Shown here: one piece after another, positions 42,578 to 55,857 of the stretch
Layout of the letters: each line of letters starts with the position of its first letter
How positions within the stretch are numbered: position 1 is the first letter of the stretch
Assembly (NCBI GenBank): GCA_905331295.1
Contig: CAJNYD010000035.1
Span: 248,001 to 312,000, forward strand
Reading direction: 5' to 3'
Origin: Rotaria socialis
Lineage: Eukaryota
DNA: 64,000 nt
Made by a program: the position numbers and the translations under genes
The notes under the pieces: model-generated
What the model saw: the letters and a program-made list of their open reading frames with translations, nothing else
The model's database searches: none
Told to the model about the DNA's origin: nothing

Positions 42578-45500
42578 ATGGCATCATCCAGTGAAAATGA
42601 TGACACTAGTTCAACCGATGATAATGAAGATCTAGTCTTTTATGATGCTAATAGTAGTTGGACTAACGTTGAAGTAAACCCGTAAGTAGGAATTTGAATT
42701 AATCCATTGTTTGAACCAGAATTCTTTTTTGATGACTGTTATCAATAACAATAGAATAGAATGGGAATCATTTACTATCAATAATCCGATTTAGAGCAAA
42801 TGAGATTTGAAAACTAGATGAAACAACAGTAGTCAGTATTGCTAATAAAGTCTTTTTGGTGACTACATTAATTGTTTCAAATAAAATTTTCATATCTACA
42901 GATTTGTATTATTAGTGATAATAGATATTAATCAGAACACTGAGAATTTTAGATTTGTCTTTCAAATTGTTTTTTATGATGAGAAATTTCCAGCTATCTT
43001 TAAAATTTAGTTCATTTGATTATGAAATAATTTTCATATCGTTTTCAACATGATAAATATCCTGATGCGAAATTCCTTGATCTGTTTTTTTTTGTCGACA
43101 TGCGTTATTATTATCTAAGAACATTCAGGTAGAATTAATATTATTAAAGATTCGCGTGACTGTTTCATAAGAACGTGTTTTGCAAGTTCGATATTACTTC
43201 CTGGCTGTTCTTACAACAGGCCTAAAGTTATACGATGGCACAACATATGTTTCCTAACTATTTATTCTACGCTAGATAGATCTGAGTGGGAATCCGATAT
43301 AATCTCTGGGTCTCATGCTCAAATTCTTTTAAATTTCTTCTAGTATTACAGATATCTTCTATATATACATTTTTGAAATTAAATCCTATTTTTCGAGATC
43401 AAAAAAAGATGGTTCGTAGATCAATATGAGTTCGATTCAAATAGAAAGAATGTATTCTTATCAAAATTTCACAATTTAATGGAATGGATTTGATTATGCA
43501 TCTATCTCATAATCTTTGATATTGGCCTACTATTTTCTGTTGGACTAGAGTAAAAATACAAGTTAATTTTCTTTTGTCAACACACTCCATATAAAACTTT
43601 GGTAGCGTTCACAATGAATGTCATGTATGGCACTCAATGAATTGCATATATCCCCATGAGATGTATTAATTTTTAATTTAACAACATTTATGCATACTTT
43701 TGAAACAAAATCGATTTAATCAAACTAGAAATGTTCATTTTCCTGCCCTGAAATATATTTTTGTTTATATTGTTTTCTCGTTAGAAGTTTAGACGGTTTC
43801 CTGAAACAGCTCTCCTCTTTTATTTCCAATTAGTTATGTACGGACTAATTTAATTTCTAAAAATGGACAATTGCAATAGTAATATTTTCCTAAATGAACA
43901 TATGACTTATTCATGTGTTGAAAGAAAAAGCAGCAAATATTGAAAAGTAGAATATCATAAATAAATATAAACATTTATATTTCTCTTTTTTTTTTAATTA
44001 TAGACCTTTTCCATCAGATTCAAGGTGGGCATTACTATCAAAAAATGACCCACCGAAAAAATCTGTATGTTTTAACCAAAAAAAGAGCGATTGAATTCTA
44101 TAAAAATCATTTTATTGTTATAAATTTTTTATTAGGAACAGTTTTGTACAATTACATTAACTGAAAGTCAATTAAATGACATAGCAAGAAGAGATAAACT
44201 TCAACGACTGCGTGCTCAAGAAGATCATGTTAATCGAAATAATGAAAATCCAATAGTTACCATAATTTCATCTCCTATCGAGTCAAATTCTATATTATCA
44301 TCAACAACACTGTCATCTATTCAATCAAATCAAATAGAAGAACAGCAATCCATTAATGAAAATGAATCATCAGGGTCAGATCTTCTTAAAGACCATATTG
44401 ATAGTGATCATATTCGTCGACAAAAAATGGTTTGTAATCTAAAAATAATACATATATCATACTTAGAGAATTAATGTTTCGGGATAGATTTAAAAAAAGT
44501 ATTTTATAGATAAATCTAGTGAAATCTATATTAATATTTCGTCAACACTATATCAATGATGGTTGAATTAACAACATGAACTATCGATAGTTTGTTTATA
44601 AAAGATGCTTAAAGTATTATGCTAAACTATATCTTATTATAGTTTTGCATAATAAGAAAAAAAATAAATCCTCTTACTTCTAGTGTAGTTTTAGATTCTG
44701 ATAGAATTAAATCGTCGAGTTCAATTATTATTATGCTTTCTTTTTCATATAGGTTTCATTATTATCTGTAACAAAACAAACTCTAATCAACTCATCCCCG
44801 ATAGCACAGTCGTATCAACAGCAACGTTCATTACCATATCCAACATTACCTGTGGCTACATCAACTCGTAACGGTGATGGGTATTTTTCAAGACTAACAA
44901 ATTTATCTGCTATTAGTGAACCAAATATTGTTGATTTAAGCCTCGTTGATTGTATGAAAAAAATTGGTGAATTCTCATCAAATCATCAAAAATTCAATGA
45001 AAATCAACGACTTCGAAAATCAGTACTACACAATCTTGATAATGGTAAATACATTACATTAAGTGACGCCAATCCAATGACACAAACAATATTGGAACGT
45101 GTTCATGGTAGTAATAGTATGATAACATTACGTCAGAATTCGATATTAAATAATAATAATATTCGACAAAATCCATCCGATAGTAATAGTTTAAATGGCA
45201 CAAATAATTTAGAAACAAGTATTCCACGTCAAAGACATAAATCTAATGGTGACGAAGATGATGATAATGAGTCAACATCATCAGAATCTTCAAGTACAAA
45301 ATCAAGTCATACAATAGCTATTTCACTATCATCATCCCCAATAAATAAATCATCAGCAGCGGCTTTACGTGTAGCAACATCATTATTTCATGATGGTAAA
45401 CGACAGTTATCGAGATTAGTTAATCGAAGTTTTCTACGGAAAAACGGAAAAAAATTTCTTCATGGACACAATGATGTTGTTGACATGGATGAAGAAGAAG

Positions 45501-47835
45501 AGGATGGTGAAAGATTGTTAATTAATGATGGTTCAAATGGTGATCTTAAATATAAATCATCAAGAAATTTAAAAGAACAGCCACAATTTGATAAAACACA
45601 ATTATTACAAACAATTGTTAATGCTCACAATGGACCTATTTGGTGTATGAAGTAAGAAGAAGAAAAAACAAAGTTTCATTGTTTTGATTCTTTTTTGTTT
45701 TTTCTTTTTTCATTAAATATAGATTTTCACCTGATGGTCAACTTCTTGCAACCGGTGGTCAAGATAGTTTGCTTAAAGTTTGGGTACTTAAATCAGCACA
45801 ACCTCATTTCGATGATTTTTCACGTATGACAGCAGATCCGTCGAAGCAACAAAATGAAATTCTAACAAGAAGATTTCATGAATTTCATCAAACAATATCA
45901 TCTGAATCAATAACGCCTACAATTAATTCAAAACTTGGCCTGAACGAAATGCAAGCTCCACTTTATCCACGGCCGTTTTGTCAACTTATTGGTCATCAAG
46001 CCCCTGTACTTGATGTTGCTTGGTCAAAATCTTTATTTCTTCTTTCATCATCCATGGATAAAACTGTTCGATTGTGGCATTTAAGTCGACTTGAATGTTT
46101 ATGTTTTTTTCGTCATGTTGATTTTGTCTCAGCCATTGCATTTCATCCACGCGATGATCGATATTTTGTATCAGCAAGTTTAGATGGGTAAGTTAATCAA
46201 GTAAATTTTCATTTTTTTTCTATTTATCCTATTATAAATTTCTTAGTAAATTTATTTGATCGAAATTATCATTCTAATAGTAGATTTTAGTAACTGAGCT
46301 GCAATTAACTTTTCATTGCTATATGCTGTAATACTTTCAGAGATATTGCCTCTGTTTTTTTATTATGTAAATAACATAATATATAATCTTTGACAACTTT
46401 TTTTTATGATACATAAAATTATTCACCATAATAATAACATCAAAATGTATGCTATTTTTTTTAATAAAAAATCTATGCTAATATTTGAATGTAGAGATGA
46501 TTTTTTTGAATGTAAATGGCAGGAAACAAAATGCTTTCTACTGTATTTGATCGATTTTAAATTAATACAAATGCTTTGCTAAGACTGACCGCTAACAATG
46601 TGATCATTATATTCATCAGCAAATAGAAATATTGTTATTTTTTATAGGCATGTTCGCCTATGGAATATTCCCGATAAACGTGTTGTTTATTGGACTTTGA
46701 TTCCTGCTCAAGCATCATCACAAATAAGTGCCGCTCAAGCAAATTTAATTACAGCTGTTAATTTTTGCGATGATGGTCGTAAAGTAATTGTTGGAACATT
46801 CGATGGTCGATTTTTACTCTATACCGATTCATTACAATATGACGTTAGTATTTATTTGATTTTTATCAATTCGATCATTTATTTTTATTCATAATATCTT
46901 GTGTTTTTGTTAATAGACTGTAATGAATATTGGTGATAAACATGGTAGTAGAAATCATCGATCGAGAAAAAAACGTCGAAAACCATATAAAATTACTGGT
47001 ATTGAATCCATGAATTCAAACAGTTCAAAGGTACGATAGATCATATAAATATAAGAAATATAAATTCATTTGATGTTGTCTAGGTTTTAATCACATCCAA
47101 TGATTCTCGAATACGTTTATATGATATTCGAACAAAAGAGATTGAACTTAAATATCGTGGCTATTCAAATCAGTCAAGTCAAATTCGAGCATCATTTAGT
47201 CATGATGATAGATATATAATAAGGTATAGGCTTCATGAAAATCTACTTTTTGAATTGTTCTTATTTTTATTTTTTTTTGAATCTGTTTAGTGGAAGTGAA
47301 GATAGTTGGTTTTATATATGGAGAACTGAGCCAAGTAGTATAATGAATTCTAATGGCAGTAGTACAACTGATGCTAAATTAACAAGAAAGCAACGACGTC
47401 ATTTTGATCGTGTCTTTGAACGTATTCGAGGTAATTTATATAGATGAGGAGGTTCTATATGAGAATAAAAAAATTTATGTTCGTTTTTCGTGATTTTCAG
47501 TTCATAATACTATGGTAACATCTGCAATATTTGCACCGAATCCGAATTCAATTATGGATCATCTTTATTCATCAAATTTACCATTAACCAGTGATAGTTT
47601 ATCTCAAACAAATCGTTCTAATAATTCTAATAATCTACCACGTTCTGCGTCGACAACAATATCTACAGCAACACCCATTGTTAACAGTAGTCGAGCACGT
47701 TTTATTTGCGTACATGCAGCATCAAGTCCGCTAGAAATATCTACTACAACGAATAATAATGGACCTATTTATGTTATGGTTACTGCTGATTCAAAAGGAC
47801 AACTGAAGTTACTAGTCAATCGATTTCATCGCTAA
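42578..47835 (+). CDS. WDR44: WD repeat-containing protein 44 (Rab11-binding)
   Basis: N-terminus MASSSENDD..VFYDA (FFAT-like, as in WDR44). WD repeats AHNGPIWCMKFSPDGQLLATGGQD, GHQAPVLDVAWSK..LLSSSMDKTVRLWH, HVDFVSAIAFHPRDDRYFVSASLDG, LITSNDSRIRLYD, SQIRASFSHD and SGSED. About 11 exons. Confidence 0.94.
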
Positions 47836-50274
47836 AAGATAAAAAAGTATATATGTATATATATATATATTGAATTGATTAGGATAAAACAAGTACTTCT
47901 ATCTCCTTCTCTTTTCAATGTGATAATTTAATGACAAAACAATCTCGTTTTTCGTCACACCAAAATCATGTAACAACTACATAAATATCTGAATGGTGAT
48001 ATATGTAGTTTCTTTTCACACATCATATCTCATTTATTTGCTGCTAAAAAAAGCTACGATAGACGAAAACAAAACAAAACAAAGCACTCAATCCATCTTA
48101 TATGTATACCAGTAGTTATAAATGGCAAGATAGAATTTTTAACATGTCTTTCAAAGAACTATAAAATTCTCTCTTTCTTAGTCTTTTCTGTTTCTTTTTT
48201 TTACACAAGTATTTAATTATAATCTATTTACGAAATATAAATATATCTATATCTATATGTATTTATTAATATGCACCAAATGACAAGAAAAAAGGATGTG
48301 AAATAATTCTTTTTTTCTTCCTCATCTTCTGGAACAAAAAAAAAACTTTCATATTTATATATGAGTATTGAATTTTCCCAGATCTATATTATTGTTATTA
48401 TAGATACTAGTACACGCTTGTCTATTTCTATTTTGAAAGAAGATTACAAATGTAAATGAAAGACATATGCCTAATTTTTATAACCTTTGTTGCCTACAGT
48501 ATTTTTGTCATTGATATTTTGTGATCGCCAATGGACGATTGTATGTATCTATATGTGCGTAGTATGGTACTAGCATGTGTTTTTTCGCTTATTGTTTGTC
48601 TACACCCACGAATGTTTTTCATCGTTGTATGCGTTCTCATGTACTCTATATGTTTCGTTGGTTTGATGGGAAAGAGCGTTAGTTAGGCAGTAGATGTGGA
48701 ATAAGAAAAACGGCACGATGTCTGCGTGCACCAGACAGCAACAGCATGCAAAACTGTATTTTTGTTATTGTATCGCATCATTAGATGTCAAAAGCAAAAA
48801 TAAACCTATATATATATATATTTTTTCCTGATGTCACAGGCATATATTGAAGAGAAAACAAATAGAACGAGCTTTTTCTGTTGATAGAAGTAATAAAACA
48901 AAATGATGGTTGTATCTATTCTATTATTGCTTGAATGCATAGTTAATATAAAGCAGTTGGAGATTGATTATTTTTGAATGTTTAATCGAATATTGATTGT
49001 GTTTGTAGTTCCATATCATATGCAGATATTTTGTTTTTCTCAACCATTCGTATTAGTTATTGCTGGTCTCAATTTCCCTAGGTTACTCTTTTTCAAAATG
49101 CTATTCGCTAAATAATGACAACAGATGGTCTGAGAAAATCGAAGGCTTTGTATCGATCCAGCTGATACTCCTTATTCTAGTACCATTAGTGATTTGACAT
49201 GCTATTTAATAAATATGCATGAATATATCGACTACCAAAGGAGGTAGGCGGTTAAAGGAAATCAAAATTTGTGTCAATCACGTGATTGTTGTATACGATT
49301 GACGTCATCATTTATTTATATTTTATTTTTATTTTAAAGTCATTCAGAGACTCGTATCACATGGAGAACACTTGAAGCTAAGAATAAAAAAATGATGATA
49401 AATGTGTATATGCCGGCAGACAGAACAAAGATATACGCACTCATTCAAACGACAACTAAAACCATCAGTACTATTTTAATTGTATGGTATATGCATGCAT
49501 GTGTGTGCTATCCTGAGGAGACGAGAGAAGAGAGAAGAAGAAAGTCGATGATTGCAGCAATACGGTGTTGTTGTGTGTCAAACGAGAGAGAGGCCTACGT
49601 ACGTCATCAACAGCAACGCCGATTCCCTTTCTTTCTTTCTTCTTTTTTTTTTCTTTTTGCTTGCTCGTTTACTTCGCTCTTTTTTCCTCTATGTTCTGCT
49701 ACACATTCAACTGTACGAAAGAGTAAAAGCGAAGAAAAAAAGACTCGTAAGAGCGACGGCGTCGTTGGCCAAGTATGTATCATCACATCATCATCATCAC
49801 TACTACTCTTCTATAAACTATCAATCGGGCAAAAGATATTTCCTTTTACATATAACTTCCTCCCATCTATGAGAGAAGTTATTCGAACCGATATATAATA
49901 TATATAGATATATATATATATATATAAATACTTTTATCTACGCGTACATAGCTGTGAAATTTACTGACCTCTTCGTGTTCTTTTTTACATCATCGGATAA
50001 TTATCTACACCTGTTATTTTTCTCGTCTCATAAATTTACGATTTTACTGCAGTTCATTCATCTTGCTATGAGCTATGTTTTAAGAAATGAGAACATATGA
50101 TACATTTGCCTAGTCCTATCTTATTTCATATTTACATATGCAATAGATAGGCAGTAACAGAATTTGTCATTTGAATGCTGTTTTCATATATATATAGATA
50201 AAAATTACAAATATCAACATAAACATTAATATGGATAATCAAAATATTGATTTACTATTCATTGATAAACGACG

Positions 50275-53200
50275 ATGAATAGCGAGGAGATATTTTTTAA
50301 AAACCAATCTAACATTCGGTTTTTACTGATTACAGCTAATACTGGCACAATATTTGAAAAGGTATATGAAATTTTTTTCTCTTTTGCATTCTATATGTTG
50401 ACAGCGAATTTTTTTCTCGTTGTTTTTAGCCCGAATTGTTAACTGCATGGGTGACCGAATTCGCAAATGTAAGTAATATATAAATTGGCTATCATTTATC
50501 ATCAGTGTATAGAAAGAAAGCAAAGCGTCGTTATCGATTCTATTAAGTAGTAAAGCGATGAGAATAAGTGAAAGAAATATTATAAAAAATGGTTCTAGAT
50601 TAACAGAGCATACTTAATATTTAATTTATTGAAAACAAGAAAAAAAGAAAGACAATCATACTCATGAATGCACATAGTTTGCTTCATCATCATTAGCATA
50701 GCTAAATTTAAGTTTTCTCATTCCTTGTTTTCCACAATCACAGTTACACTGTAGATAATATGATGGTCCGCGTATTCGATCAAAAAGTTCTTCAAATAAT
50801 TGATATTTTTTTTCAATAAATTCATTTGTATTCAGTTGGGGAATTGTTTTTCTTGCCTTGAAAAAATCCAGAAAAGCGATGAAATAACTTTTTCTCTCTA
50901 AAAGAAATTTTATTTTTAAGTGTTCTCACTTCACATAGACATTCACAATCTATGAAGCATGCCTTAAATTTATCAATAATAATTTTATTTTGCTTTGATA
51001 AGTGCATTTCTACCGAGTTTTGTAATGGTCTACTTTGATGTTTCTTCTGCTCATCGTTGTAACGCATTTCATCGGTATCATGCATGGTTGAGGATTTTTC
51101 AACAAGAGTACATCGATCAGTAATTGATTCATTCAAGAAACAGTTCCCGTCGACAATAATTCGGCTTACCCGAGTTGAATCTATGTTTTTATCGTAAAAT
51201 TGATCTGAAGAAGACATTTTTAAATCTTCATTTGATGATGCATAATGAATAAACATATATTTAAACCATTGATTAATTAAAATCATTATATAGAAAGTAA
51301 TTGAAAGAGACCAATAAGAGAAAAAAAACTTGTATTGCTCAAAATGGCGCATAAATATTTTATTCAAAAATTGTTGAATATTTACGTTTTAGCTTCTACG
51401 TCAGCATCCATCCGATTTTATTGCATTGCATTGTCAAGAAGTTGGTGGAAAAGATTATGAAAGATTTATGCACATTCTTGATCCATTTATAAAGTAATTT
51501 TATTTAATATTGTTCATTTGAAATTCAAATTGAATCTGTTTTCTTTTTCTTCCAATAGAGATATTCTTCGAATACCTGAAGTCACTAACCACTATACTCG
51601 GTCTCGTTTTTATTTTGATACGGATTACACATCTCAGGATACATTTACAGTAAATAAAAGTTTTCTAAGCACAAAAATAAAACACTAGTTTGTTTATTAT
51701 AAATGTTTATTTTAGGCTCTTGGTTCGGCTTATTTTGTACGTGAAAATATACCTATACAGCAATGGAATTTTACAAGTAAAAGAAAAGAAAATATCTAGT
51801 GCTTCTGCTATTTTTAATATTTAGCCTCATGTTTTGAAAATGTTACTCAGCGTCAAATTTTTACTGGGAATTTGGTTCAAACTCAAACAGTTCGGAAGAA
51901 GAAGTTTCCTCGCGAATTTTTTTCAGAGGTAAAAATCTTAAATAAAATTTTATTTTTTAAATTCAATTTTTCTAACAAACCCTTTACTTTTCATTAGGCT
52001 AAGTGGTCTCGAAAAGGTTTTACGCAAGCACGTTGGTCCATAAATAACTTGTAAAAAAAATAATTGAAAACAAACAGATGACTTCGATTTACAGTTTGGT
52101 ATTGTTGTTGTCTTTTTAGTATTTTTGACATGGTCAACGTTCATCTTTTCCATGATGCTTCAAATATTGTGGCAGTTGAACAAAGTCCTTCTATTTACAG
52201 TAATTTTCGTAAAAATGCTCTTGAGTTTACTTTAAAAAGGTACAAGAATGTTTTAATGACTATAAATATACTATTTTTTTCTAACAATACTTTGAAAAAA
52301 AATTAGTTTACCACTTAATTCTTCTGATGAATCTGTGCCTTATGTCATATTTGGTGATTTCAATTTTCGACTTAATGGTCACCGTTTGCTTGAAGTAAAT
52401 TCTAGTTTTGTTAATAATCAATGTGATTTTGCTTTGTTTTTTTTTCTGTCTATTCAATAGCATATGGTTGAAAAACGTGATGGTTCTATTGATAAAATCA
52501 AACATTCTGATACTGATGAAATTTCAAAAATTATTATAAAAAATTCTCAAAATAAAACAAAACTAACCATTGGAAAAAAAGAATTTAATCTTCACGATGA
52601 TCATGATTCATTTTTTAGTACTGACTCTCGACAGGTAAGAATATCGACGAAATAACGATAGCCTGTTCGAAAGAAATTCATGTTATCAATACCAATAAAA
52701 AAATTGTTATCTCGTATTGAAATTCATAGATGAAATAATAAACTTCCATTGCAGATTCATTTTGACTTTGCTTTGTTTTTATGGACCTACCTTCTAGAAT
52801 GGGTAGTGTATTAAAAAATATTTTCTCACTTGAACTTGACTTTTCTACAGGCATGAGATTTAGAAGGCTTCAATTTTTATACTGCTGAAAGTAAATTAAG
52901 TACACTTAAAATTATTCTATAGGATATTTTTCATATATTGAAAATCGATGTAGTAAAATATGAACATTTGTTCACTATTCTTTTGTGTTCAATGATCATG
53001 CAAGGCCAAAACACTAGAATTAGAAAAATTAAAAGATATTTCATATGACGACCGACGACTTCGTTGAATTTGAATGAACATTAAAACATAACTACGAAAT
53101 TTAAACTTATCAAGAAACTTTGAACTCAAAGCTTTCCTTTCGCTTCCAATCACAATATTCAAATTTTGATAATCATGTAAAAAAACGTTTCGAATATTTT

Positions 53201-54788
53201 AAAAATGATTCCCTGCCATTTTGAAGGCATTACTTATCCACATGTTTGATTCATTAATTTAACATTAGTACATAGCGAAATTTTGGAACATCTTTGAGAA
53301 GAAAAACGTTTCTATTGTTTTCTCATTTATTTCTATAGTGATGTTAATAGCTATGTATGTATATATTACAGTGTTAATGCAGAAAAATATGTTCGAATAT
53401 ACACAATGTCTAAAACGTTTTCCTTTCTCTTGTCTTACTTACATTATATTTTAGTTTCATATGTTCGATGATGAATTGTCGTCATTTGCTGATCAATTAT
53501 TTGAGTATGAAAAGAGTTTCCCACCTAGGTTTGTGATAAAAGAAAAGTTGTTTATTCCGTTTTTTCTCATATGACAAATCGTATTTTTTACTTTTAGTTA
53601 TCCATACAGTGAAGAACTCGAAGAAGCTCATTCTTATTTACCTGTTCGATGTCCTGCTTGGTGTGATCGTATTTTATTGAGTTATCCATTCAAGAAAATG
53701 ATTAATACTGAGGTTATTTTTCTTGACATGCTGTAAAATTAATTGAAGTTATTTTTTTCTTTTCTTGATAAAATTTTCAGATTAATCAAATAACATATAG
53801 CGTCTTAGGAGAAGATGTGTGCATGGGCGATCATAAGGTTTGATGAATAATTTACTTATTTAAATCTATTCCTTTAATATGAAAATCTTATTGTTTAGCC
53901 AGTCTATTTAGCATTAACAGTACATCTATTACAAGGTTGGTCTACATTTTCATCATCTTTGAATAGTGTGTTTTTTCTCATCATTTCTTTTTTTCTAATT
54001 TCACACATTGATTTTCTATAGCTAATTTTTATTCGTGCGAAACAGCTGCTATTACATCTAATCATAACAATGATAATAATAATAATAACAATAATAATAA
54101 TAATAATCACAATAATGACACTAGCAACCAAGCAAAATTACATGTCACTACTGTGAGAAAAAGAGATTTGAATACAGCATCAGATTTGATTTTGAATGGA
54201 GTACAGTTACTATCGAATGATATTGATTTTTATAATATTCATGATTATGCTATGTTTGTACAACCAGCACTTTTACCACAATGGTGGTTTAATAAACTTC
54301 AACAACGATCAATAAAAACAATAAATAATAGTAGTAAACTTTGGGCAAAAGTACGAGCTGTAACGTACATGACATCATTAGGTCATCGCACTGGTTCATG
54401 GTATTCTGATGATCAGACGGAAAAATCACCCATTGATGACATATCATTATCTGACGATAATGATGATAAAAATAATAAAACAAATATTCAATTGAATGAT
54501 TTGCATGATTACCACAAAACAGATATTGTTATACCATTACGTCGATCATTTAGTTCAAATGCTTATGTACAACATAATGAAATGTATTCAACAACATTGG
54601 CACGCAGTTGTTCCACAACACTTATTAATTCGTCTGATCACCTATCAGATTCTTCTCCTATTGAATCATCTTCAGCGCCACCACCATCACTATCATCGCT
54701 ACCATCACCACCAGCGTTGCCATCATCAACATCAACATCACGATCATCGTCACGTGTCTATCGTTTTCTTCATTGTACTATTCTATAA
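50275..54788 (+). CDS. INPP5A: Type I inositol 1,4,5-trisphosphate 5-phosphatase, CaaX isoform
   Basis: LLITANTGTIFE, FIALHCQEVGGKDY, FTALGSAYFV, KWSRKGF, FDMVNVHLFHDASN, FGDFNFRL, FPPSYPYSE, RCPAWCDRIL, MGDHKPV. Last exon 54022-54788 ends CTIL*. Confidence 0.94.
50662..51217 (-). CDS. Nested antisense two-exon gene in INPP5A intron 2, ~160-aa unknown protein with two CxCxC motifs
   Basis: Exon 51217-50930 (MSSSDQFY...DCECLCE), GTGAGA..TTCAAG intron 50929-50857, and in-frame exon 50856-50662 (ARKTIPQL...QCNCDCGK...YVHS*). The start could be further upstream (open to 51367). Confidence 0.55.
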
Positions 54789-55576
54789 GTAAAATACTCG
54801 ACTGTCAGCGTACGTCTATGATATGTAAGTACAGGACAATAAAAATTTTAGTACTAAAAAGAAAAGAAAAACAGCCCAGCAATCGATATATAAAATCAAT
54901 TATTTCCTTATGTTCTATATTTATTTTTCACAATCGTTTATTTCTATCTCTTAACAGTGATCATCTGATTTTAATTAATGCTACTTGCTTGATACTTATT
55001 CTATATATTTTCTATTTGTAATTTCATATTGAATATATCAATCAATCAATCTATCTATCTATTTATTTATTTATGAAGAGATAATAATGTATTATATTAC
55101 AGTATAGGTTTTGTTTTTGCATGAATAATTGATTACGCTTCTTATTGGTGATGCTTTTCTTTTCTTTTCTTTTCCTGCGTGAGATATTTGTATGCTTTTC
55201 CGTTGTACACAGTATGATTGTTAGTTTGAGTTATGTTCTCAATTTTTCCATTATTCCAGAATAGATACCATACTAATCAATCCTATCACTAGTTGTATCA
55301 CAGGGGTAAATATAAAGGCTAACTTCTGCTTTTCACAATAGATATCGAAATCTGTCGTCAGATTTTTCCTTTAGAATATAATTATTTTTCTAACCTTTAA
55401 TATGGGCATTAATACCCGTATTATCGATATCTTATTCTTCCTCTCGACTGTTATTTTATAGCTTTAAATCCTAATATATTATTTTGTATTTTTCTATTTC
55501 TAATGGCTTATATGAATTATTTTAATAGAATAAGAAATATATTTATCGCTAATTAATGCTTTGTTATTCATTCTAG

Positions 55577-55857
55577 GTACAAACGACGCAATTGACCGAT
55601 TACAAAGTTTAAGATTTGCTAATAATTTACTCGAATTAAGTGCATCACAAACAATGAATGATAAATTCCAACAGAGACAATCATCATTAAAAACCATATA
55701 CCATGCGAAAATGGAAGATCAACATTCAAATAACAGAATAGAAACTGTAATATCAAATGATAATAATGATGATCATCGAACAGTAATTGTTCATCATACA
55801 TTTCATGCAAATATTAAACAAACATTTACTCGGCGGATACGCGAGACACCGGTGTAG
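55577..55857 (+). CDS. INPP5A: Alternative terminal exon of INPP5A ending in a class I PDZ-binding motif (ETPV*)
   Basis: TTCTAG acceptor at 55575-55576. Phase 1 matches the donor at 53935/53936. About 93 open codons ending RRIRETPV*. Confidence 0.65.
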
